Below, piece by piece: positions 20,182 through 32,800 of a stretch of DNA of 64,000 bases. Positions within the stretch are counted from its first letter, which is position 1. Each line of letters begins with the position of its first letter. The DNA lies in the NCBI GenBank assembly GCA_048013815.1, contig CM106586.1, forward strand, positions 13,702,001 to 13,766,000, read 5' to 3'. The notes beneath the pieces are model-generated. The model was not told where the DNA came from, made no database searches, and was given only the letters and a program-made list of their open reading frames with translations. Made by a program: the position numbers and the translations under genes. This stretch comes from Setoptus koraiensis (Eukaryota > Animalia > Arthropoda).

Positions 20182-21636
20182 AAGAACAGCTATAACGTTG
20201 GTCGACAATTGCATCAAGTGAGTCATCAGGACCTCACCAAGTATCAATTGCTTCTTTTCTTCCATCAGCAACGGCTTGCCTACGGTGGTTTGAGCAAGTG
20301 CTTCAACTAGAAGTGCTGCTGTCAAGGTATAAACAAACAAATCGTTTGCTTCATGATCGTTATAATGGTCTAATAAAGAACTAAGCGAACTATAGTCGCC
20401 TGGAAAACGTTCTTCCGGCCATAGACACAAATCATCTAGTTTATGGGATAGGGTTCTGTGATTAGAATCCGAGGTTGTCTCAATTTTCTCGATCTCTCTG
20501 ATGATTGTCTGTAATTTAGGCACAGATATAATGTGAAGGGCGATGAAAGCAATTCCTATATGAGCTTGCAATGGGAGCAACTCGATGCACTCCAAATAAT
20601 GAACGTGATCCCAGTTGGTATCGCGACATTCTTCATTGCAATATATGACTTGATTGCATTTTCTACATCCTATGCCAAGTCCATATAATTTTTTAAAACA
20701 ATTGTAACAATAATCTGAAATATAACAAGGAGCTAGATAGGTGGCAAATGGTTCTTCCACTATTAGTGGTTGCCCAAATTGAGTCTGTTTGGAAGCTATC
20801 AAATGGCGTCCACTCTCGGGTGTGTAGGCCATTTCTAGGAAGTCAGATGCCATAGGTAGGAGCTTGCTGTGATGAGCTATCTTATATGACTTGGCGTCAA
20901 TTGTGTCGAGATCTGCCTCATTGTTAGAGTCTACAATTGGCTCTTCCAGGAATTTGAACATTTTTTCGATCTCGCTTCTAGCGACACTGCCAACCTTGGA
21001 GTTTCTCATTGTAGCTGCAAGGCCCTTTTTGATGTCTTCAAAATCATTTGTCCACAGGGATAACAAATGCAAACATTTGACCTTCCTAATGAGAAGCTTG
21101 TACAAGTTAGATTTTGGGTAACCGTATTTAATAGACAACTCGATATCACTTAGGCAATGGGTATACCTGTTCATACTAAACAATGTTGCTGATCTGTTGT
21201 TCAGCGCAAGAGCCAGACAGTCTACGGCATCAGTATCGGCACCATAGTCGAGTTCATCATTAGGATAGGGTGCCAATATAACAGCCTTTGAGTATTCGTG
21301 CAGAGCTTCTTGGAAATTGTTGATCCTGAAGAAGTTGTTTCCTTTAACCCGGTGTCGTTTGGACTTTTGGGGCGACTTTGAATACTCTGTTGTCTGGTGC
21401 TTGGGTAGGTAAGTTTTGAGTAATTGTTCGATGGTGATGCGACAAATTTGATCATGCCAAATACGTCGAAACTGTTCCTTCTTTGAGTTCAATAGTCCAA
21501 ATTGATGTACATAGTCTGACTCATCAAAATCCGGATCAACCTCAAGGTGGGCATCAAGGACCAAATCGCGTATTGTGTCAGAGAAGTCGGCAAATATCTG
21601 CCAGCCATCTGTCACCTGTTGTTGGTCATGAGCCAT
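19270..21636 (-). CDS. Smyd4: SET and MYND domain protein 4 (SMYD4-type lysine methyltransferase), single-exon 788 aa
   Basis: N-terminal TPRs (KGNNFFRINNFQEALHEYSKAV; NRSATLFSMNRYTHCLSDIELSIKYGYP), SET-N GRHLIAS, MYND CYNC...CRKC...YCNEEC...HYLEC, SET-C NHSC and YG, post-SET CxCxxC. Confidence 0.93.
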   Translation of the reverse strand: MAHDQQQVTDGWQIFADFSDTIRDLVLDAHLEVDPDFDESDYVHQFGLLNSKKEQFRRIWHDQICRITIEQLLKTYLPKHQTTEYSKSPQKSKRHRVKGNNFFRINNFQEALHEYSKAVILAPYPNDELDYGADTDAVDCLALALNNRSATLFSMNRYTHCLSDIELSIKYGYPKSNLYKLLIRKVKCLHLLSLWTNDFEDIKKGLAATMRNSKVGSVARSEIEKMFKFLEEPIVDSNNEADLDTIDAKSYKIAHHSKLLPMASDFLEMAYTPESGRHLIASKQTQFGQPLIVEEPFATYLAPCYISDYCYNCFKKLYGLGIGCRKCNQVIYCNEECRDTNWDHVHYLECIELLPLQAHIGIAFIALHIISVPKLQTIIREIEKIETTSDSNHRTLSHKLDDLCLWPEERFPGDYSSLSSLLDHYNDHEANDLFVYTLTAALLVEALAQTTVGKPLLMEEKKQLILGEVLMTHLMQLSTNVIAVLDQQFHELSTETSDVVEKPIGIAIYATISLLNHSCRPNVLTMFQNNKMIVRAGGSIQPGDEVCYCYGPSVRSMSKKDRQSRLKSQYYFDCSCHACSNNEEDETKALQCSSCEGPVIYNRDYTSACMKCKSTKLDVKLRLEQIGELRKWLSIETSNQHMSSNTQKSKKLMECKQKISDLVYWKNPVMVEVRKGLYEYFKLTKEFQLALDCLNEHIDYLIRIHGPISFEVVKESMDLITFKYFLLKNDFKSRDEASKLLAFIDETRSRLKEFISCTNIKEAEQLYNIELQFLREKHCEVKNILEQL

Positions 21637-21935
21637 TAGTTAGTTTGGGTAGTCTGCTGAATATTCCTGAAAATATTCCAAGATACATAGGTTGTGTGAC
21701 ATCGGCTTTGGGAAGATTGTAAGGTTTAATCGGTTAATATATGGAAGGATGAGTGTTCAGTGCCATTGTTGTTGACTGATACAATCAAATCATCGGAATG
21801 TCCTAGGAACCGAGACAAATTTTTGTGATATCCCGATTTGACTCGACTAACCACGTGGTGTCTGGCATCGTGTCTGTTAGAGGAATCGCCCAAAACAAGC
21901 ACAGTCATTCATTAGTTTATTTTGCTTCGTTGGTT

Positions 21936-21953
21936 GCGGCGCCAATTTCAAAT
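21936..21953 (-). promoter_or_regulatory. Possible E2F/CHR-like promoter motif about 300 bp upstream of Smyd4
   Basis: Minus strand ATTTGAAATTGGCGCCGC contains TTTGAA next to TTGGCGC; motif match only. Confidence 0.25.
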
Positions 21954-24900
21954 CAATTTTTCAAAAAAAAAAAAAAAAACGACGCCACGAAATCTTGCCA
22001 TTGAGGAACTGATTATCACCGAAATATAACAACGATGGCCATTCAGAACTGATCCGATGTGGGCGAAAAACTTTCGACGAGGCCTAGAATCTCAAGCCAG
22101 TTCGATGACGGGACCTTAGATTAGCGTTAGAATTGGCGGCTAGAAATGGTCGAGTCGATGATGTTTGTAATTCATTGCCACATATTTTGGTATCAACAAT
22201 AAACTTTTTCGTATCGAGCTTCACCTGACTAATAGATTGTAATAGATAACAAAACTTAATGTTGGCCTGACCTATGTCAAGTCATGTGTGCAGCTGCGTC
22301 AGGATTTCCTCTTCCGAACAATAAAAAAATCTTGACCGCTTTGCGGGCAAATCGGATATTTGCCAATGGCACATCCGTGCGCGTCAAAACTTTACACACT
22401 GTGATTAATTAGGTCACATATATATAATAATGTGCTTCCCTAACTTTATCGTAAAATTGAGTCAAAATCAGTAGTAGTAGTATATCACTTGATTGCCCAT
22501 CATTCATCTAGTTAGTGATGATGAGTAGAGAGAGGGGGACGTTTGGCCTCATAAACTAAATCAACAATTAAGATAAAAAATAGAAAAATATACGCTGGAA
22601 AGGTCATTAATCGCCCATGTCACTCAGTTGATATCATCGGTTTGTCAGATATGGTTAGACATGTGTAAATAGTGGCTGCAAAAGATGGCATACAAGCCAT
22701 ACTGGCAGCAAGTAACCTACTTGAAACATTACATAACATAACCTCCAACACTTCAAGCCGGAGTGATACCACACATATTCATTTGGGCAAACATTTGGCG
22801 ACATAACGTTTCTTTCTGTTTTTTCTGCGCTCAATCGTTTTCTAGTTTCGCCGTCATTGAGAGTCAAAACAGCTTTGTAATTATGGCTCAATTTATATAT
22901 ATTATTGGTGAGATTTATTAGTCTTGTCACATTTGTTAATGGCAACATGCACCACTTAACAGTGTAAACCTTCGAAAAGGAGCTGGATTGAGTGGAAAAG
23001 ATAACGTTGTCGTCGTCGTTGTCGTCGTAGCATGTGTATGTGTTAGCTAAGATAACGTTATTTGCAACATAAGCACAACAGTAATTGCGCAACTATCTAG
23101 ACCAGCGGCATTGAGAGTTGTTGGCTGTTGTTAATAGGGTTTTGCCTGCGAAACAAACAGCCCGAGTAGTGGAATACCTGTAGTGTCTAGAGATGTCACC
23201 ATGCCTGTATTGGTCGTCTCTCTGGCTCTTAAATAGTGGCTAAAATAGCAGCAGACATTACAGCACTTTGTTATAAAGCTGTCAGGCCATAAATTCCCAC
23301 GATAAATATATTAAAAAAATGCATTTATCCGCCAGCCTCCTATGTCAGCATACCACTAATACCTGTATAAAGTGCCCTCACTACTGTTACCGTCGCATTA
23401 AAGAACCTTGTGTCTATCTATTCTATATTGCTTCCATCTTTAGATTGGTAGCAGTGGATTTTTATTGTTTATTTGGACACTAATCATGGTGTTCAATAGA
23501 GCAAATGAATCAATTATATCATCTTCATCATTGCCACTCTGGAGAGCGTCTCTCTCTTTTTCTCCGTCTCTGTCTCTTTCTCTCTGTCTATCTCTCGCCG
23601 TCTGTCTCTCGCTCTCTTGTCGGCTGGCTTGCTGCTCGATGGTGGCACTGTTTTTTTTTCTCGGAACAAACAACGCCATTAGTTTGTCTTTTATTATTTT
23701 CTATTAGAACACAACAACAGGCTTGTCGATGCTGCTGCTATGAGTCTAGCCGAAGCATTGATGGTTGTTAGTTGTCGTAATGGAAGTGGCTGGCAATAGA
23801 ATATTGACAATGGTGGTAGTGCAACAACACCAATAGCAACAAATAAACGCAAGCAAACACTGGCTTAAATAATAAAATTTACAGAGTATTCATACATATT
23901 TTATATATACACTTTTGAGCACAGGATGATACATGGAGAATGTATATAAAAGAAGTTTATGACTATAGTCGTCGACTCAGGGTGCCAGATCTGTCTAGAC
24001 GTTCATGTATGGCTACTGCTTGCAGCTAGGCGACAAACAAACATTGATGTTGCTGCTCTTGTTGCCGTTAGAAATAGTTGGAAATAGTTAGTGTCTAACT
24101 GTTAGTTAGACACTACGACTCTAACTAACTGCGACTAACCCACATGCTGTTAGCCGATATAGTTACTAGGCTCACGATCAAGTTGTTAGCGGCGACAACA
24201 AAAACGCCAGCATGCAAACAACAAACAACAGAAAAACAAACAGAAATTATAAAGATATAAATATACAGATATACAAATATATAAATATACAAATATACAA
24301 ATATAGAGATAAGAGATAGTAGCTGGCCACTGGTTAGCCGATGCCAATTGGCTCCAATTGGCACTATAGCTAATTGAGGCGCTCGGCACAGACAAGACAA
24401 AACAACAGTTGTTTTGTGTTATTTTAATATCAGCAGTTTAATTGTGAGTATCGAGAGTGCCAAGTAAGGCGAAACGTATTCAAATGTGGCTCGTATTGAT
24501 TGGTGTCTGCATAACAACATTATGTAATGGCTGGTGCAGCGGCGTCATGAGCATGAGTGCAGCAACAATTAATAACTCGTCTCATTTCGGCGACGCCAGT
24601 CAATGATGGATTACATTATAACGTTTTAACGTTTATAAATTTATACGCTGATTATATTATGTATATCGCTGTTTGTAAAGAGTAGTGATAAGTGCTAACT
24701 TGTTGTAATAATCACCACTGATAAGCCGGCTTGGCCAGCTAATTAAGTGACTAGATTGCATGGACATTCTCTTAATTCTGTTAGCTTAATTTCGTTTCTT
24801 CTCTCTGTTGGCTCAATTTCGTTTTTTCGTTCTGTTGGCTCAATTCTGTTTCTTAATTCTGTTGGCTCTGTTGTCTCCCTTTGGACATTTCGCTATTTAT

Positions 24901-25332
24901 AGTAGCCACTGTAACTGTTGGCTGCAGTTGTTAATATGCCATTGGCTCCGCCACTCAACCAACTTCTCAGCTTGCTGACCGGCTGACCGCTCAACTGGAA
25001 GCTCGCCACTAAGCTGGCGAGTGGCGCCCGATCATAATACCCTGGCCATGGGATCGGTAACGAGTCCGGCCGACTACAGCCAATAGCCGCTACCGAGACG
25101 CTGCCTGGCCATCGAGAATAATATTATGTAATGGCCATACATTATGTATCAGTGCACAGTTATGTATCGGGCGTATATTTTCAGCATGAGCGACAGACAG
25201 CGAGCGATAAATGGCTAGCCAATGCACACACAACAAACATTTAACATTCAACATAATATGTCGCTATGTCGTTATTATGTAATGACGCCGGCATGCTCCC
25301 GTTGGCGCTGCTGGCCCACATGCTGGCCGGCC

Positions 25333-25418
25333 GGCGATGTAATGTTAAGGCGACGTAATGTTAGGGCGACGTAATGTTAGGGCGACGTAATGTTAGGGCG
25401 ACGTAATGTTAGGGCGAC
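25333..25418. repeat. 16-bp minisatellite (GGCGACGTAATGTTAG) x5
   Basis: Direct reading. Confidence 0.95.
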
Positions 25419-26405
25419 AACGACGCCGACCAATGAATATACGGTATATAATGAATATATGGCTCGCAAGTGAGTTTATGGCCGTAGACGGATCAGTGGA
25501 CAGCCTCATGTTTGTTTATGCGAGCTCGCAAGGTTGTCAGCTAGCGAGTTGCTTCTTTCAAATGGCTTGTGTGTCACGTTGGACCGGTTACACTGGCTCA
25601 CGTTGTTGCGCACGGTCGTTGATTATAAACGAACAAACCAAGCAGAAGCGTCATGGTGGCGGCTTCGGCAGGAAGCTGTCGCTTGGCAAGTCGATCATTA
25701 TGTTTCGCTAATTAACTCGCCACTAGCCCGGGGCGCCAGTGTCCGTCGCTTCGGATCGCCCCGTCGAATGGCTCGCCGGCCGGCCGGCCGGCCGGCTCGC
25801 CCGCTGACTGGCTGGCGGCCCCACGATGCACCGACGACGAGCGAGCATGATACATATAAATATACGTGCTGTCGATGTTGTGCGCCGAGAGCAGCTTGCT
25901 GCAGCAAATTGTGTTGAATATATAAATTGTGTTGAATATATAAATTGTGTTAAATATATAAATTGTGTTATGTTTATATTGATAAATGGTATTATGATCG
26001 ATCGGGCCGAGCGCCGGCCGTGGCTGTAGCCGTAACTTGCAACTCGTTTTTGTGTGTCCCCTCATCAGTTAGTCGAGGCGAGCGGCGACTTAATGAGCGT
26101 CATGACAACAGGTTAACAACAGGCAAAATTAGCAGCGAGCCAATTTCTGTCTCACTGGCCTGACTCTTGTTGCCTTAGATGGCACCTAATCTCAGCTGGC
26201 GGGCACCCCATCTATCTGGTTGCAGCTCGCCGGGCGCCCTCTAGTGCGCAATCCGGCATGACACGCATGATAACAACGAACACGATGATATTAATGATGA
26301 TAATTTAAGCTACCATTGAACCACTTTTTTGAGCCAGCTTGCCCACGCCATCAAATGGCTCAAATGGTATCGTGTCCGGCCAGTCGAGCGACAATTGATC
26401 TGGCC

Positions 26406-26486
26406 ATTGTGAGACCGATTGTGAGACCGATTGTGAGACAGATTGTGAGACCGATTGTGAGACCGATTGTGAGACCGATTGTGAGA
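26406..26486. repeat. 12-bp tandem repeat (ATTGTGAGACCG) x~7
   Basis: Direct reading. Confidence 0.95.
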
Positions 26487-29135
26487 GATAAAGGGTTGCG
26501 AGCAACAGGTGGTCCAGTGATATGATACGCACAGTGTCCAGTGTGCCAGTTGAATCGCAACATCAAATCGCCGGCATTATCTCGGTGCTGCCATTAGTGT
26601 TGTGTGCGAGCACAGCTTGACACGGCACCTTGAGCCTATGACATCTCGCTGGCTGCATTGGTGGACAACAAGACAAGAACACGAAAACTCGCCAAGAAGA
26701 AGTTTTGCCCTTCCGAGCGCCGCGAACGCTTCGAATGCTTCGGACGGCGCGAACGGCGCGCTCAGGTAGCCCACAGTGTGAGGGCATCGGCGAGTGGCGA
26801 GCGCTGCAACACGCCAGCGCTGCTGAGGCCAATCATCGCCCCTGGCGCCTATCACGAAAAGTTGCGCACTTGGCATGTTTCGGCTGGCGCTGCTGCTGCC
26901 GCTGCAGCCAATATTGGCCAACAAACAAAATGGCGCTTGGTATTGCGCAACAATTCGCGCCAGTTCAATCGGCGCCGGCGCCGAGCAGCGAGTCTGTGTA
27001 GCCGAGCGAGGGCAGCGACGGCGAGAGAGAGAGAGCGAGAGAGAGCGAGAGAGAGAGAGAGAGCGAGGCAAGGTAAATCGTGGAATAGATTAAGTCGGAA
27101 CGGCTGCTGCTGTTTTCGCAGGCTGCCGGTGAGCGGCAACATACACAATGTTCATTGTATCCACGTCCGACAATATCGGCCAGGTAATGATATAATGATC
27201 GATGCTAGCGAGCATTTTCATCATTTAATAGCATGATATGATTACATCACACACACACACACACACAAACAAATCAAACGAGATTCATCATCAGGTGGCA
27301 TCTGTTGCTGAAATGACGTTCATCACACATTGACCGTCCCCTGCTGCCCATTGCCCATGGACGGTGTTACAAGCGCCAGCCAAAAAAATAAATATAAATA
27401 AACAATCTTGGCCTGTCAGTGGCACTCACTCAGCTGACTGATTTGTAAATGTAAATGTTGCATCAGTCAGCTGATTGTCAGTGATTGGATGGGGCACACA
27501 AATAGCGCCATTCGAACGCCGAACGCCAAACGCAACACGCCGGCCAGCATCGCCGGCCAAATGAATGGACGATTAAATGACTTTTTGTGTCCAGCGTGTG
27601 TGTGTGTGTGTATTGCACAATCAACAATAAATTATTAGCCTGTTTAACTTTAAATGGCTTGTTGTTGCATCTTTTCAGCGGCATCCTGTTTGTGCGTTGC
27701 GTAACCGAGCGCTTGTGTGCACTTGTTGCTCACGTTGTTGTTGTCGTTGTTGTTGCTGGCGTTGTTGTTGTTGCTGCCGTTGTTGTCGGCCGGCCAATCG
27801 GTCCATGTTTCGCAACTTGGCCGACAGGGCGAGCGAGCGAAAAACTTTTGCAGTGGACAGTGGGCACTCTGTCGCTCGATTGTTGCCCAACTTGCCCACC
27901 AAACGAGCTCACACTCAACACCAAAAACAACAACACACACACACACACACGTAATGGTCGTCCGGCGAGGTCATCGTCATGCCGATCGTGCCCGCACAAA
28001 CCTACATACACTTACACATATGTACAGATGTAGACAAAAATACAAAAATACGCACATGTCTAGCCGATGGTGCGTACTTGCAACAGCAGCGCCACCGACA
28101 CCAACAAGTGTGTAATATAATCAACAATAATTATTATAATTATTATACCCATGCGCCTAGCAGAGATGGTCGCCACTTTAACGCCCAACAGCCCTATCTA
28201 ATTGGCCGGTGCGGCCGCGATCATGTAGCGCAGCCATTATGTAACACAGTCTATAGTTTATATCTCTATAGTTGTGTGCTATAACTTGTATGTTATAGTA
28301 CAGTCTCTCGTCACCAGAGTCGAGTCACTAGAGTCTGGCCGCTAGTCTAGCCAGCAGTCTAGTCGCCGGTCGAGTCGCCGGTCGAGTCGCCGGTCGAGTC
28401 GCCGGTCGAGTCACCCGTCTAGCGCCAGTTACATAATGTTGCCGTTCGGTTAATTGTTTAGTTGCGCTGCTGCCGGCTGCCGGCTGCAGCGAGCGGCCAC
28501 CGGAATAACCCTTTGCCGGATAATAGATTAGATAATTATTGGAATTGTTAATCATTATTCACTGCTCCACTACTTGACTTGCGACGCAATTAGCCGGCCT
28601 GTACAATATTTGAGTTTGTTTTTTATTTTTCATTTTTCGTTTCTTGTTTTGTTCGCTTTTTTCTGCGCTCGCTGTCTCGCTTTTGTCTGTTGCGCTTTTT
28701 TCTTCGCCGGCTTTTTTCTCGATCGCTCCTTTCCAGTTCGCCTGTCCGTTCATTGATTTCGTCCGTCGATTTCGCCCGTCGATTTCGTCCCTCGATTTCG
28801 TCCGTCGATCTCGTCCGGCGTCTTGCGATCTCGGATGAACGGGTTGCCCATTGCCGGCGACCGGGCACGATGGGCGGCATCGACGAGCCGTCGCCGACGA
28901 GCAAATGCGGACGCACGGTTTGTTTGTGATGGCACAAACCAATTGCATCGTGCCGGTCACTTATCACCGATGATAAGTTGTCGTCAATTATTTAATTACG
29001 GCCCAATCCATTAATAGGCGCCATGGCAACAGCAGCAGCAGCAGCAGCATGTTAAGCACTGTTCAACAGTGACTGTTAAGCAAGTGCGTCCCATTTCCGG
29101 GGGATCTGTTCGCACACGGCGCCAGTTTTAGTGTC

Positions 29136-29205
29136 GCACAGGTGAGTTGGCACAGGTGAGTTCGCGCAAGTGAGTTCGCGCAGGTGAGTTGGCACAGGTG
29201 AGTTC
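29136..29205. repeat. 14-bp tandem repeat (GCRCAGGTGAGTTS) x5
   Basis: Direct reading; the third unit has CAAGTG. Confidence 0.95.
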
Positions 29206-29732
29206 GACGACCCGCTTGGTGAGTGGTTAGTGGTTGTCGCAGACGCAACAGGCACGGACAAGCTGCGGCGTCACAAGTTTTGCACCATGACGCGACTAGT
29301 TGTCAATAATTAACTTACATCTGTCTGTGTAGTTGTTTGTGTAGCTGTCTGTTTAAGCGGTTGCACCGCCATTAGGACCAGCCAGTGGCACTGCTGACTG
29401 GCTGGTTGGCTGGTTGGCTGATCGACTGGTCGGCTAGTCGGCTGACTGGCTCATTGGCGATACCGGCCATTGTTTGTTTGTTTGTTTGTCGGTGGCTTAT
29501 GGCTCATTTAAGACGCCTAAGATCGGACTTTTTGTCTCGAGCCTTTTCTCTCGAACGCTCCATACACACAACATAATAGTGATTATATTGCATAATTGGC
29601 TCGCATGCAGCAACAATTTATTATCGCTCGTTTGGCTGCTCTGGCTGCTTCGGCCTGCCCATACAATCGATGATACAATAATGGCCGCCAGTTGTCAACG
29701 AAGCAGCTCACATGTGTCGCTGGCAACAAGGG

Positions 29733-29860
29733 GTTGACGTTGGTGAGCAGTTGACGTTTGTGAGCAGTTGACGTTTGTGAGCAGCTGACGCTTGTGACCA
29801 GTTGACGTTTGTGAGCAGTTGACGTTTGTGAGCAGTTGACGTTTGTGACCAGCTGACTGC
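29733..29860. repeat. 17-bp minisatellite (GTTGACGTTTGTGAGCA) x~7
   Basis: Direct reading. Confidence 0.92.
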
Positions 29861-32800
29861 TTGCTGGCGCTCACAAGCGCACCACTCGTCATCGGGCCAA
29901 TTAGCGATATTAGCTCGCCTAGATAAATCATCACTGTTGTATGCAAATCAATTACAAGTGTCTGACTGGCTAGTTATGCAACTCGCCAGTCGCCAGTTTC
30001 AAGCAGCTCACAACAAGCTCACAACAAGCTCACAACCAGCTCACAACTAGCTCACAAGTAGCTCAAACACAATTACGGTGCTGCAAGTGTTAAATGGCCA
30101 GACAGCTGCAGCTAATGTTTGTTGTTGCGCAACCGTAGTCACGGTGCTGTCACTCGCATCACAAGCGAGCTGCTATCCCCCATGACTCATGAGTCTATCA
30201 TGTGTGCCAGTGTGCGATCAGACAGAGTTACCTGTTGCATAACACTGATATACGTGTGAAAAACATGAGCCAACGACATTAGCGATAAATGGCGCAGTTA
30301 GAGCACAATTAGATTTATTCATTTAACAAGAACAAACAATCGCTTGGTTTCAGTTTGCGATACGCGACCCCTCGCATGCACTCTGCTGGTTGGTTGGTAC
30401 GACACACACACACACTGTCGCGACACTGTCGGAATACGACCGACACTGTCGGAATACGACAGCGTCAGTGCATGTTAAATCGCGTCTAGTTATCGCTGTC
30501 TGGGGCTCGTCTGGATCCTTCGCTTCTCTTCTCATTTAATCCTTGATTGATGTCAGCTGCTTGTGTTAAAAATAAGAACAATGCGCAAAAGAGAGCATTT
30601 TTATGGCTCTATCCAATGGATAGTATCCATGCATTTAGCAGACAGTGAGCACGCACAGACATTACGCAAACATTACATCATCAACAATGAGCTTCGAATT
30701 GCTCACTTGCTGCCAGCGACAGCGACAACCACAACCACACCGAACAGCATAGGCGCTCAAAAAGTTGGACGAGACTCGAGTTGACGATACTTTGCAGAGG
30801 CTTCCAAGTGGCGAGGATGCGAGGCATAGGATAAAAGGCTCATAATGTCTGGCGTGGAGCCTCCGTCTGCACAAGTCCATTGCATCATTAATGGCATTGA
30901 TGGCAAGCTGGTGGATAAGTTGCCGCTTCCAAACGAGTTACAAGCCCGTGCGATACATACGTACTTATATAGGCAGTGAGCCATCCAACAGGATATCAGT
31001 GCAAACGAGTCACTGGACTAGACAATTTATATCCGAAACACTTCAGCATCGGCTCACAACGAGGCTCATCGTGGGCTCATTGTCGCATCATTGTGGGCTC
31101 ACTGTGGGCTCATTGCTGGCTCACTGGGGGCTCAGCGACCACGGCCACCAGTTAGCGCGTCGATACAAATGACAACTAGCGACAAATCAGCAAATCTAGC
31201 CGAGATGGGATAGGGCCAAACTAGGGTCTTTGTCGGAATTTTTCTTTTCACCGCGTCGTGAGCCAGCGCGCTGTGAGATGAACTTGCACCATCTTGGCGT
31301 CGGGCCATCTTGCCAACACACTCTTGCAGTGTGGGCACGTTTGCCTCGCAAAAGAGGCCTCAGGTAACCTGAGTCAGGTTAACCAATCGACGGCCCGATC
31401 GAGCGTTCGATGGATGCGGTTGTGGCATGCGCCAGTATTGACAATTTATCAGATTATTTGCAATAATGTTCAATTTCTCACTTTGTGCGCCTCTTTCGCT
31501 CGCCTCAATACAAATACCTCGTACAGATACCTCGCACAAATACAGGTAGAGAGAGAAATGTGCACATGGAAAATTTGAATTCATTTATCTCTGAGGCTAG
31601 GTTAGTTCATTACGAAAAGTGGGCATTCTCCGAGGAAAAGAAAGACCTTTTCGGGCTGCACAGAAGTGGGACAGTTCAAAAAGACCACACTCGGCTCACA
31701 ATAAATGTGTCACGCCGACTGTCAGCCTACAGAGTTAGGTAACTGTTGTTGCAACTTGCAACGGTATGTTGTGAGGCACGGTGATATGTGTCCATATTTC
31801 TTTTATTTATATTTCTATTTGCGTCTATCACCGATTATGATCTCACTTAAGTGCTCTTAAATCAAATCTGTTATCAGCTTGCACATTGCAACTGACAAGA
31901 CAACTTTTCGTCGAAGGCAGCACAAGTGTGCTGATGTCTTGAGAGTTTTTTTCTTCTTCTCTTGTACGACGACTGTGTCGCATCAATATATGCAACTGAT
32001 GTTCACGTTTTGAATTGAGGCCACACAATTGCGAGCCAAAAAACAGCCAAACAATGTTTGCCAGTTTAATTAGCAATGGACAAAAATGACACAAACTCGA
32101 CCAACTGAGACATTTACAACTACGATGCAGATAAAAGCGATGTGAATGATAATATAAATGAACGCAGCAGACGGATATGGCACATGGAAACATCAAAGCA
32201 TCGAATCATGAACCATCAGTAAATCATGGTAAATCTGAATCATAATAGCGATTCATTTTAATGAAGCGCCGAGGCTCTATGGGCCATTAAAAGTCGATTT
32301 TGGTCGTTTATGTCAATGGTGAACTGTGTCAAAATGAATTCACATTTGCATTCTGCATGCTGGACCCATCATTGATTTATTGGCTGGTCATTTCGGTGGC
32401 CGGTGGGCCAATTCATTCATTTGCAGTTGCATTTGGGCCACTTGTTTGTTTGTTTCAAATGGCTGCTCGGTGGTGAGCTTTTCTTGAGCTCATAGCGAGC
32501 CCAATTAATGTATTTAAAATGAAAATTTTTCTCTATTTGGCGCACTTTATACACAGGCGGGCGAAAGGACATAATTACAACAAACAAAAAAGCGACCATT
32601 CATCGCTTCGTCAATTAGGCTGCCTATTTGCTAGCTCGAACAGCAGCAATTGGCTTCCGAATAAGTTGGCAGCTCAATTGAATTATGTCACTCCAAATAG
32701 TTGATATGACAACTATATAGAGGCGGAACAAGTAGATGGCATTCATTTGATAAGTTGACAATCTCGAGACGAGTTTTTCTCGCGACTCGCGAGCGACACA

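Noticed and set aside
22153-22231. Box C/D snoRNA candidate (ATGATGT...CTGA)
   Set aside because: Imperfect C box, the terminal stem would consume the D box, and I cannot assign an rRNA target.
25333-25418. TTAGGG as an interstitial telomere
   Set aside because: The hexamers are single and embedded in a 16-bp unit, not tandem; the usual arthropod repeat is TTAGG.
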